Virus record (IMG/VR): IMGVR_UViG_3300033153_007973
Coordinates: 1-64,000 of that record
Length of the DNA: 64,000 nt
Direction: 5' to 3' (one strand)
Origin: a virus
The notes beneath the pieces were generated by a model, which worked only from the letters and a program-made list of their open reading frames with translations, made no database searches and was not told the DNA's origin. Both the position numbers and the translations under genes were made by a program. This document shows, in pieces, positions 55,108-63,684 of this stretch (the stretch's first letter is position 1; the number at the start of each line of letters is the position of its first letter).

Positions 55108-55135
55108 GCGCGCGGCGTCCCGCCGCGCGTTTACG
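55108..55135. promoter_or_regulatory. GC-rich palindromic hairpin (terminator-like)
   Basis: CGCGCGGCG-TCC-CGCCGCGCG 9-bp stem followed by TTT; a second imperfect GC hairpin lies at about 55160-55195 followed by TTCTT. Confidence 0.3.
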
Positions 55136-55194
55136 ACGTAGTTAGGTGTGGGAAAAAGAGAGCGCGAACACCTGTTGTGGTGCCCGCGCGCTTC

Positions 55195-55383
55195 TTAGGG
55201 TGATTGTGGTTCAGTCAGTGGTTTGAGATCGACTGGCTGTTCCGGTTCTGGTGATGCTTTGTCTTCTTCGGGAGGTGTCAGGTCAACGTTCTTCTCGTTG
55301 GATTGTCTGACTTTGCCGATGATGGCGATGCCGGCGATGGCTGCAACTCCCAGGATACCAAGTCCGATCAGGATCTTCTTCAT
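55195..55383 (-). CDS. small membrane-anchored protein
   Basis: N-terminal TM ILIGLGILGVAAIAGIAIIG, then a Pro/Glu-rich tail. Confidence 0.4.
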   Translation of the reverse strand: MKKILIGLGILGVAAIAGIAIIGKVRQSNEKNVDLTPPEEDKASPEPEQPVDLKPLTEPQSP

Positions 55384-55574
55384 GACTTGTTCTCCTTAAT
55401 GCCGAGTTTCTTCGAGGCGTCGATTGCCCCGGTGACTCCGGCTTTGATGATGATGGAGCAGTCTTTCACGGCGAGTTTGGTCATTTTAATGGCGGGTTTG
55501 GACGCTTCTTTCACGCCTTTCAGCCCTTCATTAAAACAGCTTTTGAGCTCTTTCAGATACTTGAGAATATTCAT
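55380..55574 (-). CDS. hypothetical small protein
   Basis: 64-aa track ORF. Confidence 0.35.
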   Translation of the reverse strand: MNILKYLKELKSCFNEGLKGVKEASKPAIKMTKLAVKDCSIIIKAGVTGAIDASKKLGIKENKS

Positions 55575-55586
55575 ATATGTACCTCC

Positions 55587-55793
55587 TTAGAAGAATATCT
55601 TGATTGCCTCTATTGCATAATAGAGACATCCCAACAGGAATGCGATACTTGGGAGTATGATGAATGACAGCACAACCAAGCCGGCAATTCCGAGGACGAG
55701 CTTGAGCAGGACTTTGTTTATGAACCATTCGAGCATGTCCCATTTGTCAGCGATGACCATACCGCTCCAGATTCTCATTTGTGATACCTCCAT
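55587..55793 (-). CDS. small membrane protein (holin-like size)
   Basis: TM LVLGIAGLVVLSFIILPSIAFLLG. Confidence 0.4.
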   Translation of the reverse strand: MEVSQMRIWSGMVIADKWDMLEWFINKVLLKLVLGIAGLVVLSFIILPSIAFLLGCLYYAIEAIKIFF

Positions 55794-55957
55794 TAGCTAA
55801 AGATTCTGCTGAGGAGATCGCCGATTAGTGCGAACCACCCAATGCAGAGTTGGGTTAATATGAACATGCCATCTTTGAGTGCTGGAAATATCATAGAGCA
55901 CAGCTTGAGAACAGGTACTGCAATGATCAGTATTATACCGATTAGTATACCTTTCAT
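55793..55957 (-). CDS. small membrane protein (54 aa; not in ORF track)
   Basis: ATG preceded by GGAGGT; translates to MKGILIGIILIIAVPVLKLCSMIF.... It overlaps the track ORF 55797..56144 in another frame, and that track ORF is judged spurious. Confidence 0.35.
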   Translation of the reverse strand: MKGILIGIILIIAVPVLKLCSMIFPALKDGMFILTQLCIGWFALIGDLLSRIFS

Positions 55958-56058
55958 ATGAGTACCTCCTAGAGTATGATTGCATGGCAGTGTGGCATGA
56001 AGATGGGGCTACTAACCCAGCCACCACTGAGATATCTCCCAGTGCCTGCGCAGGACCG

Positions 56059-56077
56059 CCATTATAAATGCGAAATC
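56059..56077 (-). promoter_or_regulatory. Repeated promoter-like motif, copy 1
   Basis: Plus strand CCATTATAAATGCGAAATC, i.e. minus strand GATTTCGCATTTATAATGG with an embedded TATAAT; it lies upstream of the small membrane-protein gene cluster. Confidence 0.45.
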
Positions 56078-56198
56078 CATCTGATAAAAAGAAGCCACGA
56101 ACTATAGGCTGTAGTCCGTGGCTATGAGCAGGAGGAGGGTGCATATGTGTTACGCGGAGTTAAGGAAGGATGGAGAGTGGGCCAAAGGCGCATACCCT

Positions 56199-56217
56199 CC
56201 ATTATAAATGCGAAATC
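56199..56217 (-). promoter_or_regulatory. Repeated promoter-like motif, copy 2
   Basis: Identical 19-mer CCATTATAAATGCGAAATC. Confidence 0.45.
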
Positions 56218-56421
56218 ACTCATACTCAGCCGATAGCCACAGCGGTTCGATGCTCTGTTTGTCTAAGTTGTTTCGAACCTGCGTGATTGCATCCTGTTTA
56301 TCGGCTCCTGTTACCATCTGGTAATCATGGATATTCTTGCCGTCCTTGTCATGGTACAGGTAACTCACTCGGAATTGGCGCATATTATCCCCTCCTTTAT
56401 AATAGGATACTGGACGTAGAA

Positions 56422-56667
56422 TTAAACGCCCAGCTCCAGCTGATTTGTGTGTGGTTTGAATTTCACACAGGTTATCTCGCCCACTACTATTTCTTTATAG
56501 TGGACTCGGGTCTCAATGGGAGTCACCCAACCCATTTTCCGGATCATCTGCATTGTGATGTTCCGGGTTGCGCTCTGACGCGTGGTTGCCAGAGTCTGGA
56601 ATTTGTATGAGGTCGAGCCCCAACGGGCGGTGGCCTCATACACAAGACGATTGAATTTGGATGTCAT
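56422..56667 (-). CDS. hypothetical protein
   Basis: 81-aa track ORF; SD AAGGAGG. Confidence 0.4.
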   Translation of the reverse strand: MTSKFNRLVYEATARWGSTSYKFQTLATTRQSATRNITMQMIRKMGWVTPIETRVHYKEIVVGEITCVKFKPHTNQLELGV

Positions 56668-56707
56668 GATAAGCCTCCTTGATAGATTTTGGGGTTCGAT
56701 CTCGTTC

Positions 56708-56726
56708 CATTAATAATGCGAAAGCT
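56708..56726 (-). promoter_or_regulatory. Repeated promoter-like motif, copy 3
   Basis: CCATTAATAATGCGAAAGC, about 40 nt upstream of the start at 56667. Confidence 0.4.
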
Positions 56727-56920
56727 ATGAAATCGGCATACAGCACTAAAGCCATTATACATACGAAGGTCATATAGAAGACTATTGCTATCATGTTATA
56801 GGGCTGTCGGGTTCCTAGGACAAGCATTTTGGCATGCGTGACGCACCATAGCGCAGTAGTTATGTGACGATCCAATTACCTATGAACGGAGGCGGTGTGA
56901 GCCACCCCCGCTCGACCAGC

Positions 56921-59659
56921 TTAATCTTTCACGTGCTGGTTACGCTTGATCAGATGGTGTGTACCTGCCGCCCGATCAGATATGATACTCAATGTCCCAG
57001 GAGTCAGATTCAAGCGCTTCTCTTCACGCTCGAGGTCTGACTGGATAGCACCCAGGATCTTTTCGTTCTCTTCCTCCTTTCTAACGTCGACCGTAGCCAG
57101 CCAATATAGCCAGCTACGATCAATCACCCGCCTAGCACATGCCAGGACACGCGGGTCGAATCCTGACAGACCACCATACAGCCCCTTGTTATTGCTGCTG
57201 GTGTAACTGATGATACAGATCATGATCATAACCTGCATCTCCTCCAAGGCCACACCGAACTCCTTGGAGAACACGTGAGCTCCAGTATGGAACAACGCAG
57301 CCACTTTCTGCTGACTTGTTTCCATATTGGCATGTGCTCTCTTATCGGACTGCCAAATATCCATAGCCCGACAAATCATGGAGCGATACTTCTCGCGCAT
57401 CACTCCATCGGTGTACATCACTTTCTCCGATAGCTGCTTACCATCCTTGGTGGGTAGAGCAGCCTGTCGACCAGTGATTGGATTGATCCCGATCCGCTCT
57501 GCAACCTTATGCATAATAGGATCAGTCTTCACCATCTCACGTGCCTTGTTATGAATATGGTTCTCAGGTGTTCCGAGTTTCATATCAACTAGAGGCTCGA
57601 AGATCGCCCGCAGGAACGGATCTGAGCGATCGATGCGATGGTGATTACCAGCGATGGACATGAGCTTATCCATATCCACCTCACCAGTGTTAGCGTTAAC
57701 ACAACCAAGCTCATCCAGACCTCCGATGAGTTGCTCCCTGTTTGTATCAACAACCACAATCGTCCGACCGCCTTTCTGCTTGCGATTGAACGACTCGGAA
57801 GCGATCATATGTAACAGTGACCGCGGCCGAAGTGTGAATTTGGGATCGATCTTCTTAGCTGCATCAGTAAACGCGAAGACTGATGCTTTATAATCGATCT
57901 TCCGGACGGAGTGCTTAATTCCATCCAGAAAGCTCTGCAGGAAATGTAGTTTCATCCCCCGCAGGAAATACTGGACATCGTCTCTATAGAAGATGCCCAG
58001 ACGCAGGAATCCCTCTTGGAACCTGCGAAACAGCTGAGTTGCCCGCCCAATCATGAGCGAGTCGAACCCATATCCAGTTGTTGCTACCTGAATCAGCATA
58101 TCAGCAACTGGCTTAGTCACCTTGCATACTTTGCGAAGGTGTCCAACATCATTATTCTCATCCTCATGTACAACCTCAGGAGGACAGATCTCATCCTCGG
58201 GACGCCATGCTAGATTTCTAACGAGCCCGAAGACTTCATCAGGGTACACAACCACGATATCACCATCGAAGTCACCACCCAACTGCCCCATCAGGATAGG
58301 ATTCACCCTGATGCTGTCTCCCTCGAACCCCACCACCTTCACAGTAACGACGGTGTCAGGGAACACAGGATGCCTGGCGATGATGATCTTATCACCAAGC
58401 TCGAAGCCCTTGCCCTTGAAACATGTGGGCAGGATCACATTAAGCGCCCCGATGAGATGTTCAGGTACTGAGTATGAGAAGCGCCCAGCCGTAACTCCGC
58501 GAGTGATCAACCCACGGATTAACGGATAGATCATGCTCCGTGCTTTCTCGAGCATAGATCCAAACTGGGTGCTATCTACTTCACGTAACGCATCCATCAC
58601 TCCCTGTAGAGTGGCAGAGAATTTGCGATGGTCTTCTCCTTCCTCAGGTGCAACACCACGTGACATGACGTACCGTGCCAGGTGGTGATCACCAGTAGAC
58701 ACCGCAGCTGCAAACTCAGTAGCTCTTGTTTTGAGCCAGGTGAGTGGTTTATCCATATCCATCCATCTGGCCTTTGTCAGGAGACTCAAAGATCCGCGAG
58801 CTCCCTTATTCTTCAGATATGCATCCCCAGACTTATGGAGATAGATATCCATGAACAGGGTTCCCAATTCCCCATCCCAGCTGCCTATACCAATAACCTT
58901 CATGGTATCGACAGCTATCTTCATCTCTTTGTCAACATAACGGGAAGTTAACGCACACCCATCCATATTGATAGAGTTGGGTAGTACATAGAACTCTACC
59001 CCCATCAGTACCCCACTCTGCAGAGGTGTGTTACAATACTTGCCTAACTTGAACAGCTTCTGCCCAAGTAGGTTCTTCAGTGTGTCCGGAGTTACGAACA
59101 CAACGCCCCGCTCTGCCATTGCTAGCAGTGGGTCTATCATCTTCACATCTACGTGCTTGGAGACATGTTCTAATATCCAACGCCTCATGTACTTGTGTGA
59201 ACGCCGCTGGATAACACCCTTGAAGATCACAAGTACCTTCAATGATATCCCCAATACCTTCTTAATGGCACTGGAGACCGAACAGTTGATCGTAGCCATG
59301 AGCGGGGCCTGCCCGAACTCAGGTACGACACGCATCTTACCGGGGAACATGTGACGCCTGTTCTCCTTCAGATGTGTCACCATCCCTCCAATGCTCTCCA
59401 GTGCATCATCACACTGAAGACCAAGGAAGCCTTCTCTTGCTTGCACAAAGGCACCACCACATGCCTTCAGTACACGGGCCAGGATACTATCCTGAACCGA
59501 GACGGTGAGCTCCGACCCCTCGATCGGAATGTCCACTACAGGGTAGAGCCGGTCGCCCGACACCTCATCCTGTACTGGGTGTGCCACCATCCATGCCCCG
59601 AAGAACCTCTTCTTCAGGGAGGACAGTGCACCATCCAAGACACTGTTTATCTTGTTCAT
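56921..59659 (-). CDS. Second RNA polymerase beta-prime-like catalytic subunit
   Basis: 912-aa ORF with GQLGGDFDGDIVVVYPDE, the DFDGD catalytic motif. Confidence 0.7.
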   Translation of the reverse strand: MNKINSVLDGALSSLKKRFFGAWMVAHPVQDEVSGDRLYPVVDIPIEGSELTVSVQDSILARVLKACGGAFVQAREGFLGLQCDDALESIGGMVTHLKENRRHMFPGKMRVVPEFGQAPLMATINCSVSSAIKKVLGISLKVLVIFKGVIQRRSHKYMRRWILEHVSKHVDVKMIDPLLAMAERGVVFVTPDTLKNLLGQKLFKLGKYCNTPLQSGVLMGVEFYVLPNSINMDGCALTSRYVDKEMKIAVDTMKVIGIGSWDGELGTLFMDIYLHKSGDAYLKNKGARGSLSLLTKARWMDMDKPLTWLKTRATEFAAAVSTGDHHLARYVMSRGVAPEEGEDHRKFSATLQGVMDALREVDSTQFGSMLEKARSMIYPLIRGLITRGVTAGRFSYSVPEHLIGALNVILPTCFKGKGFELGDKIIIARHPVFPDTVVTVKVVGFEGDSIRVNPILMGQLGGDFDGDIVVVYPDEVFGLVRNLAWRPEDEICPPEVVHEDENNDVGHLRKVCKVTKPVADMLIQVATTGYGFDSLMIGRATQLFRRFQEGFLRLGIFYRDDVQYFLRGMKLHFLQSFLDGIKHSVRKIDYKASVFAFTDAAKKIDPKFTLRPRSLLHMIASESFNRKQKGGRTIVVVDTNREQLIGGLDELGCVNANTGEVDMDKLMSIAGNHHRIDRSDPFLRAIFEPLVDMKLGTPENHIHNKAREMVKTDPIMHKVAERIGINPITGRQAALPTKDGKQLSEKVMYTDGVMREKYRSMICRAMDIWQSDKRAHANMETSQQKVAALFHTGAHVFSKEFGVALEEMQVMIMICIISYTSSNNKGLYGGLSGFDPRVLACARRVIDRSWLYWLATVDVRKEEENEKILGAIQSDLEREEKRLNLTPGTLSIISDRAAGTHHLIKRNQHVKD

Positions 59660-59938
59660 AGCCTACCTCCTGCTTATTCTTTACTCACCTGTCCTCAATG
59701 AACAGGCGTCATATCCTTCTATCTCCCACTATCCCATGTTGTTGTCTACTAGTCGCTAAACCTAAAGGTCTTCATCTCACCCTTCGGCCCAGCGAGGATG
59801 TACATGCGTGCATACTTGAGGTACACGCATATCCATCCTGCGTCGATTAGCCTGTTGATCTCGAGCCATGTTGTGCTAGTCATGACTTGCCTCCTGTTGT
59901 GTTACTCACCCTCCTATACAGGTGGGTGTACTACATTG

Positions 59939-59996
59939 GCCCATGTGGGGACTCGAACCCCAATGCACATACCACGTGCACCTGCCTAGCATGGGC
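59939..59996 (-). ncRNA. tRNA-like minihelix lacking a D-arm (58 nt)
   Basis: GCCCATG-CTAGGCAGG-TGCAC-GTGGTAT-GTGCA-T-TGGGG-TTCGAGT-CCCCA-CATGGGC: acceptor, anticodon-like arm and T-arm are present but there is no D-arm. Confidence 0.35.
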
Positions 59997-60013
59997 CACC
60001 TCCTACTGCCAGG

Positions 60014-60220
60014 CTACTTGATGAACTTGTAGCCTGACATGTTACGGATCTTCTGTTCGGTACATGGCATACATATGTACCGATCATTGATCAGCTTGGC
60101 ATATGACATCTTCATGATGTCCATGCCGGTGGTCATGTCCACCTTTGACACAACCTTCGAACAACAACCACATGTGCGTACCCGTACTATCTTGCCCTTC
60201 TCTTTGATCATGTGTTCCAT
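60014..60220 (-). CDS. small zinc-ribbon protein
   Basis: CGCCSK...CMPCTE. Confidence 0.4.
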   Translation of the reverse strand: MEHMIKEKGKIVRVRTCGCCSKVVSKVDMTTGMDIMKMSYAKLINDRYICMPCTEQKIRNMSGYKFIK

Positions 60221-60222
60221 TG

Positions 60223-60465
60223 TTATGCCTCCTGCTTATTTATTCCCGAGCCATCTGACCCGGGGGCGTGAATCTTTCTACTTTCAATACCACTAATATC
60301 ATAGGGTAACTCGCGGACAGCACTCGATTCGAGCCTCTTTACTGCTCTCAGATATACTAAAAAAACCAAAACGGTTTCGAGCCCCTTTACAGTCAGAATT
60401 TCGCGCCACGGGCGGGGCACCACAGCCCCAGCCAGCGCATACGCAATATATTTAAAGTCTCGCAA
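60223..60465 (-). CDS. hypothetical protein
   Basis: 80-aa track ORF; the last minus-strand gene before the strand switch. Confidence 0.35.
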   Translation of the reverse strand: MRDFKYIAYALAGAVVPRPWREILTVKGLETVLVFLVYLRAVKRLESSAVRELPYDISGIESRKIHAPGSDGSGINKQEA

Positions 60466-60494
60466 CGTAGTTGCTCACTTTCCTAGGAAAGTGC

Positions 60495-60522
60495 TTGACA
60501 GATCCACAGCATATGCTACTAT
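60495..60522 (+). promoter_or_regulatory. Sigma-70-like promoter (TTGACA-16-TACTAT) for the plus-strand gene array
   Basis: TTGACA at 60495-60500 and TACTAT at 60517-60522; a second GTGCTTGACC element lies at 60523-60532. Confidence 0.4.
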
Positions 60523-60696
60523 GTGCTTGACCTTTAGTTGAAGTGGATAGAGGCATGGGAGCATGCTTCTGAGGACTTCATAGTCTGAAGATGGAGGGTA
60601 CCGTAGATTACGGCCGTAATCGCGGGAGAGTAGATCCAGACTGCACAGCCACCCTTGTTGCTCTAATGGTCATGCAATATATTCCGGGAGGGGATA

Positions 60697-61079
60697 TTAT
60701 GCCAATAACAGAAGCAAATATATACTTTAATGTGTCGGGTTATCCTATTAACAGTACATCTATACATCCTGGAGATGGACGCCCTATTATAGAATACGTC
60801 AAGGAAAGCTACAATGTGTCCTTTCCTGTGTCAGGTGGACCACATGCTGATTGCGGATATGATATGTGGGAGGTAGACATCTCATGCCCTTACTGTGGTA
60901 ATCATTTCAAGACATGTCGGAGAACTGACATAAATGCACCACGTATAACATGTCATAAGTGTAGGAATAATTTCGATGTATATAATGATATGATCAGAGA
61001 AGAACTGGCCAAGCAGAATGGAGAAAACGCGGACCCTTCTATAGTAGAGGTAATCAAAGATGGAATCATCACAGTGTAA
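60697..61079 (+). CDS. GLIP-tail family paralog A (zinc ribbon)
   Basis: Likely start MPITEANIY (SD GGGAGGGG) within the track ORF 60591..61079. CPYCGNHF...CHKCRNNF. Ends SIVEVIKDGIITV. Confidence 0.45.
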
Positions 61080-61356
61080 ACATCCAGGGGATGGTTTTTA
61101 TATTGTCAGGAGAGTATCGAGATACTCTAAGGAGGATGGATATATTATAATACTGGGGTGTCCTCATTGTGGTAAGGAATTGCAGATGACGGGATATAAA
61201 GATCAGCGTATTATACGTACAGTATGTGTTGAGTGCAACGAACCGATCATGATATACAGGAACATGGTACAAGCAACGATACACAGACAACGCGGAGAAA
61301 CACTCTCGCCAGACAGTGTGAATGTAGTCAGGAAGGGACTTATTAGTGATTCTTAG
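61060..61356 (+). CDS. GLIP-tail family paralog B (zinc ribbon)
   Basis: CPHCGKEL...CVECNEP; ends SVNVVRKGLISDS. Confidence 0.5.
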   Translation: MESSQCKHPGDGFYIVRRVSRYSKEDGYIIILGCPHCGKELQMTGYKDQRIIRTVCVECNEPIMIYRNMVQATIHRQRGETLSPDSVNVVRKGLISDS

Positions 61357-61669
61357 AGCAATACCACCTATTATACATGGTAAGAGGGTAGTTACCAATG
61401 ACATGGCTTTGCTTGTTCTCAGGTGTGATAACTGCGGGGCAGAATTCACTGTATATCATGAAACAAAGACACAAGACGAGGTTAAATGTGATGTATGTTC
61501 GGATACAGTAGTAGTTATGCCCAGACTAATGGAAGCAGCATGGGATAAGGAGAGGGGGCTGTGGGGTGAGCCGGAAGATGTACGAGTTCTAAAAACCGGT
61601 TTGATCCCTTTAGGTGAGTTAAAGGTGCAGAAGTGCCGCGAATTTATAGATCTTGTGAGGAGATCATAA
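61346..61669 (+). CDS. GLIP-tail family paralog C (zinc ribbon)
   Basis: CDNCGAEF...CDVCSDTV; contains EDVRVLKTGLIPLGE. Confidence 0.5.
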   Translation: MILRAIPPIIHGKRVVTNDMALLVLRCDNCGAEFTVYHETKTQDEVKCDVCSDTVVVMPRLMEAAWDKERGLWGEPEDVRVLKTGLIPLGELKVQKCREFIDLVRRS

Positions 61670-61977
61670 TGGCTATAACTATAGAGGAATATCGAGCATG
61701 GTTGGATGCAAATAATCAACATGTGAATATCGGTTCTGATCATTCACATATAGACCGGAGTATCATGAGTAACGATGCGGAGATTACTATTCCCGCTAGG
61801 ACCGTGATTGTTCCCCAGGTAGATATGGTGATGGGTGATGAGAATCAGATCATCTTTGAGTGCACGGACGGAATGGTAGTGATCTTTAATAAAAAAGATC
61901 TGAATGGTGTCTTCCCGGTGGTGGACCCCTCAAAATCCGAAATGGTGCGGTCTGGGTTGATCCCTAGTGGCGAATAA
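61633..61977 (+). CDS. GLIP-tail family paralog D
   Basis: Ends KSEMVRSGLIPSGE. Confidence 0.5.
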   Translation: MPRIYRSCEEIIMAITIEEYRAWLDANNQHVNIGSDHSHIDRSIMSNDAEITIPARTVIVPQVDMVMGDENQIIFECTDGMVVIFNKKDLNGVFPVVDPSKSEMVRSGLIPSGE

Positions 61978-62278
61978 TGACTATTTTGATGAGTTGATCC
62001 AGAGGACTAGAGATATGGGCAATGGACCTTCATTTATTGTTAAACATGCTAGAGCCGCCGATGATGCTGTTAATGTCGAGGTCATATGTCCACATTGTAG
62101 TAAGATTCAATATGATATGATCGTCAGAGGGATTGATGTTGGAAGATGCTGTATGCATTGCATGAGTTCAGCTACTATTAGAGCAAAGGATGTGGAACAC
62201 GCCATCAATGATTTGTTAGAACAAGATAAGCCCATGAATATGAGTGTGTTGCGTGATGGGCTTATACCGGAGGAATAA
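61967..62278 (+). CDS. GLIP-tail family paralog E (zinc ribbon)
   Basis: CPHCSKIQ...CCMHC; ends MSVLRDGLIPEE. Confidence 0.5.
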   Translation: MANNDYFDELIQRTRDMGNGPSFIVKHARAADDAVNVEVICPHCSKIQYDMIVRGIDVGRCCMHCMSSATIRAKDVEHAINDLLEQDKPMNMSVLRDGLIPEE

Positions 62279-62733
62279 TGTCACAAGCAGATGCACTAGA
62301 AGCATTAATGAGGAGAAGAAATATGGCATTGACACCAGCACCACGAGCTATATCACGTAGTGAAGCAGCATACGAACGCCCACCAATGATTGCACAAAAT
62401 GCTTGGCTCCGGGTTCCAAATGGAAACGTAAAGCCGCCGGAGCCAAAAATAGATGGCCCTGATATCAGTACGAAAACGATTATCCTAGATATGATCTCTA
62501 TGGGTGTCGCTGTGCTGCGTCGGCTTTGGACCAAGAAGAAGGTATCATATGGTAATGTCGCGGCTGATGTACTGAAGACGCGTAAAAAAGAAGATGAGAA
62601 GCTGGCGATTCTGGTCAGTCCAGTTATCAGACCGGGGATTATTACACTGGATAAACTTCCAAAGAAGAGACCGCGACCGGTTCCAACTATAGATGGCATT
62701 GGCATAATGAGAGGAGATATCGATGGCGACTAA
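62278..62733 (+). CDS. hypothetical protein within the paralog array (divergent tail IDGIGIMRGDIDGD)
   Basis: 151-aa track ORF. Confidence 0.4.
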   Translation: MSQADALEALMRRRNMALTPAPRAISRSEAAYERPPMIAQNAWLRVPNGNVKPPEPKIDGPDISTKTIILDMISMGVAVLRRLWTKKKVSYGNVAADVLKTRKKEDEKLAILVSPVIRPGIITLDKLPKKRPRPVPTIDGIGIMRGDIDGD

Positions 62734-63028
62734 CGTAGGAGAGAATGATCCGCGTTTCCTTCAAGATATGCTCGATATACCGACGAATGAGCCAGCATGG
62801 CAGCTGGATAGTCGGGGCAATATCATAGGTATAGTTAATTGTCCGCGGGCTGTGCATTATCAGCTGGATGAGAATGGTGTGATAGATTTTAATCATACGG
62901 TTAATGTGCCGCCAGCGCTAGGAGATATATTCTCTGCTATGAATAAAGAGAATGAAGAAAAACCGGTAGTACCTGATGTTGCGCAGATAGTGCGTTCTGG
63001 ACTTATTCCTGATGATACCATTCGGTAG
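62723..63028 (+). CDS. GLIP-tail family paralog G
   Basis: Ends VAQIVRSGLIPDDTIR. Confidence 0.5.
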   Translation: MATNVGENDPRFLQDMLDIPTNEPAWQLDSRGNIIGIVNCPRAVHYQLDENGVIDFNHTVNVPPALGDIFSAMNKENEEKPVVPDVAQIVRSGLIPDDTIR

Positions 63029-63407
63029 TATAGGAGGAGACATGGGAATAGTAGTTTGCGGGCCAATGTGCATATATCGATCTGGACGTAAGTGTTCACA
63101 TGAGGATGCGCCGGATACTTTCCTCAGTAAATGGTTCCCGAAATGGTTCTCGCCCAGATGCACTGAGTGGGGTAAATTACAGGAAGACTGCGACATGCAT
63201 GAGCTTCCCCCGCGACCACCCATGCGTGGAAGAGCGATGCGAACTGAGAGGCCGGCTAATCTAGATGGTATCTCCATGCAGTTACATACGACAATGGACC
63301 CAGATGTATTCTTTGGTAAGAGGACAATGGGAGGAAAACAGTTGCAGCCAGACTCCACCAAGGTAATCAGGAAGGGACTTATCCCGGAGGATAAAAATGG
63401 CAAGTAA
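63012..63407 (+). CDS. GLIP-tail family paralog H
   Basis: Ends STKVIRKGLIPEDKNGK; contains a CGPMC...CSHE Cys cluster. Confidence 0.5.
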   Translation: MIPFGSIGGDMGIVVCGPMCIYRSGRKCSHEDAPDTFLSKWFPKWFSPRCTEWGKLQEDCDMHELPPRPPMRGRAMRTERPANLDGISMQLHTTMDPDVFFGKRTMGGKQLQPDSTKVIRKGLIPEDKNGK

Positions 63408-63684
63408 AATATATTTCATGAGCGATGCACATATCGGAAATGGAGATATGATAGACAATCTGAAACTATATACTAGAGATCCAAGTAAAGAGATCTCGCT
63501 GCTTTGGGACAAGATCGCAGACCAGAAAAAGGTCTCTAGTGATCCAAATGACATGGTACTGACATATTCAGTGGGTAAGTTCGGGAAGGGGCTGAGAATA
63601 GAGGAGAAGAAGGAGAGACCGGTGATCCCTGAAATCTCGAAGACCATCAGAGATGGGATCATCCCGTTCAGCAAACTGACATAA
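63397..63684 (+). CDS. GLIP-tail family paralog I
   Basis: Ends ISKTIRDGIIPFSKLT. Confidence 0.5.
   Translation: MASKIYFMSDAHIGNGDMIDNLKLYTRDPSKEISLLWDKIADQKKVSSDPNDMVLTYSVGKFGKGLRIEEKKERPVIPEISKTIRDGIIPFSKLT

Noticed and set aside
55797-56144. 115-aa minus-strand track ORF (MHPPPAHSHGLQP...)
   Set aside because: It contains a copy of the repeated promoter-like motif inside it and overlaps a 54-aa membrane-peptide ORF with a strong SD in another frame. Its low-complexity composition suggests a chance frame.
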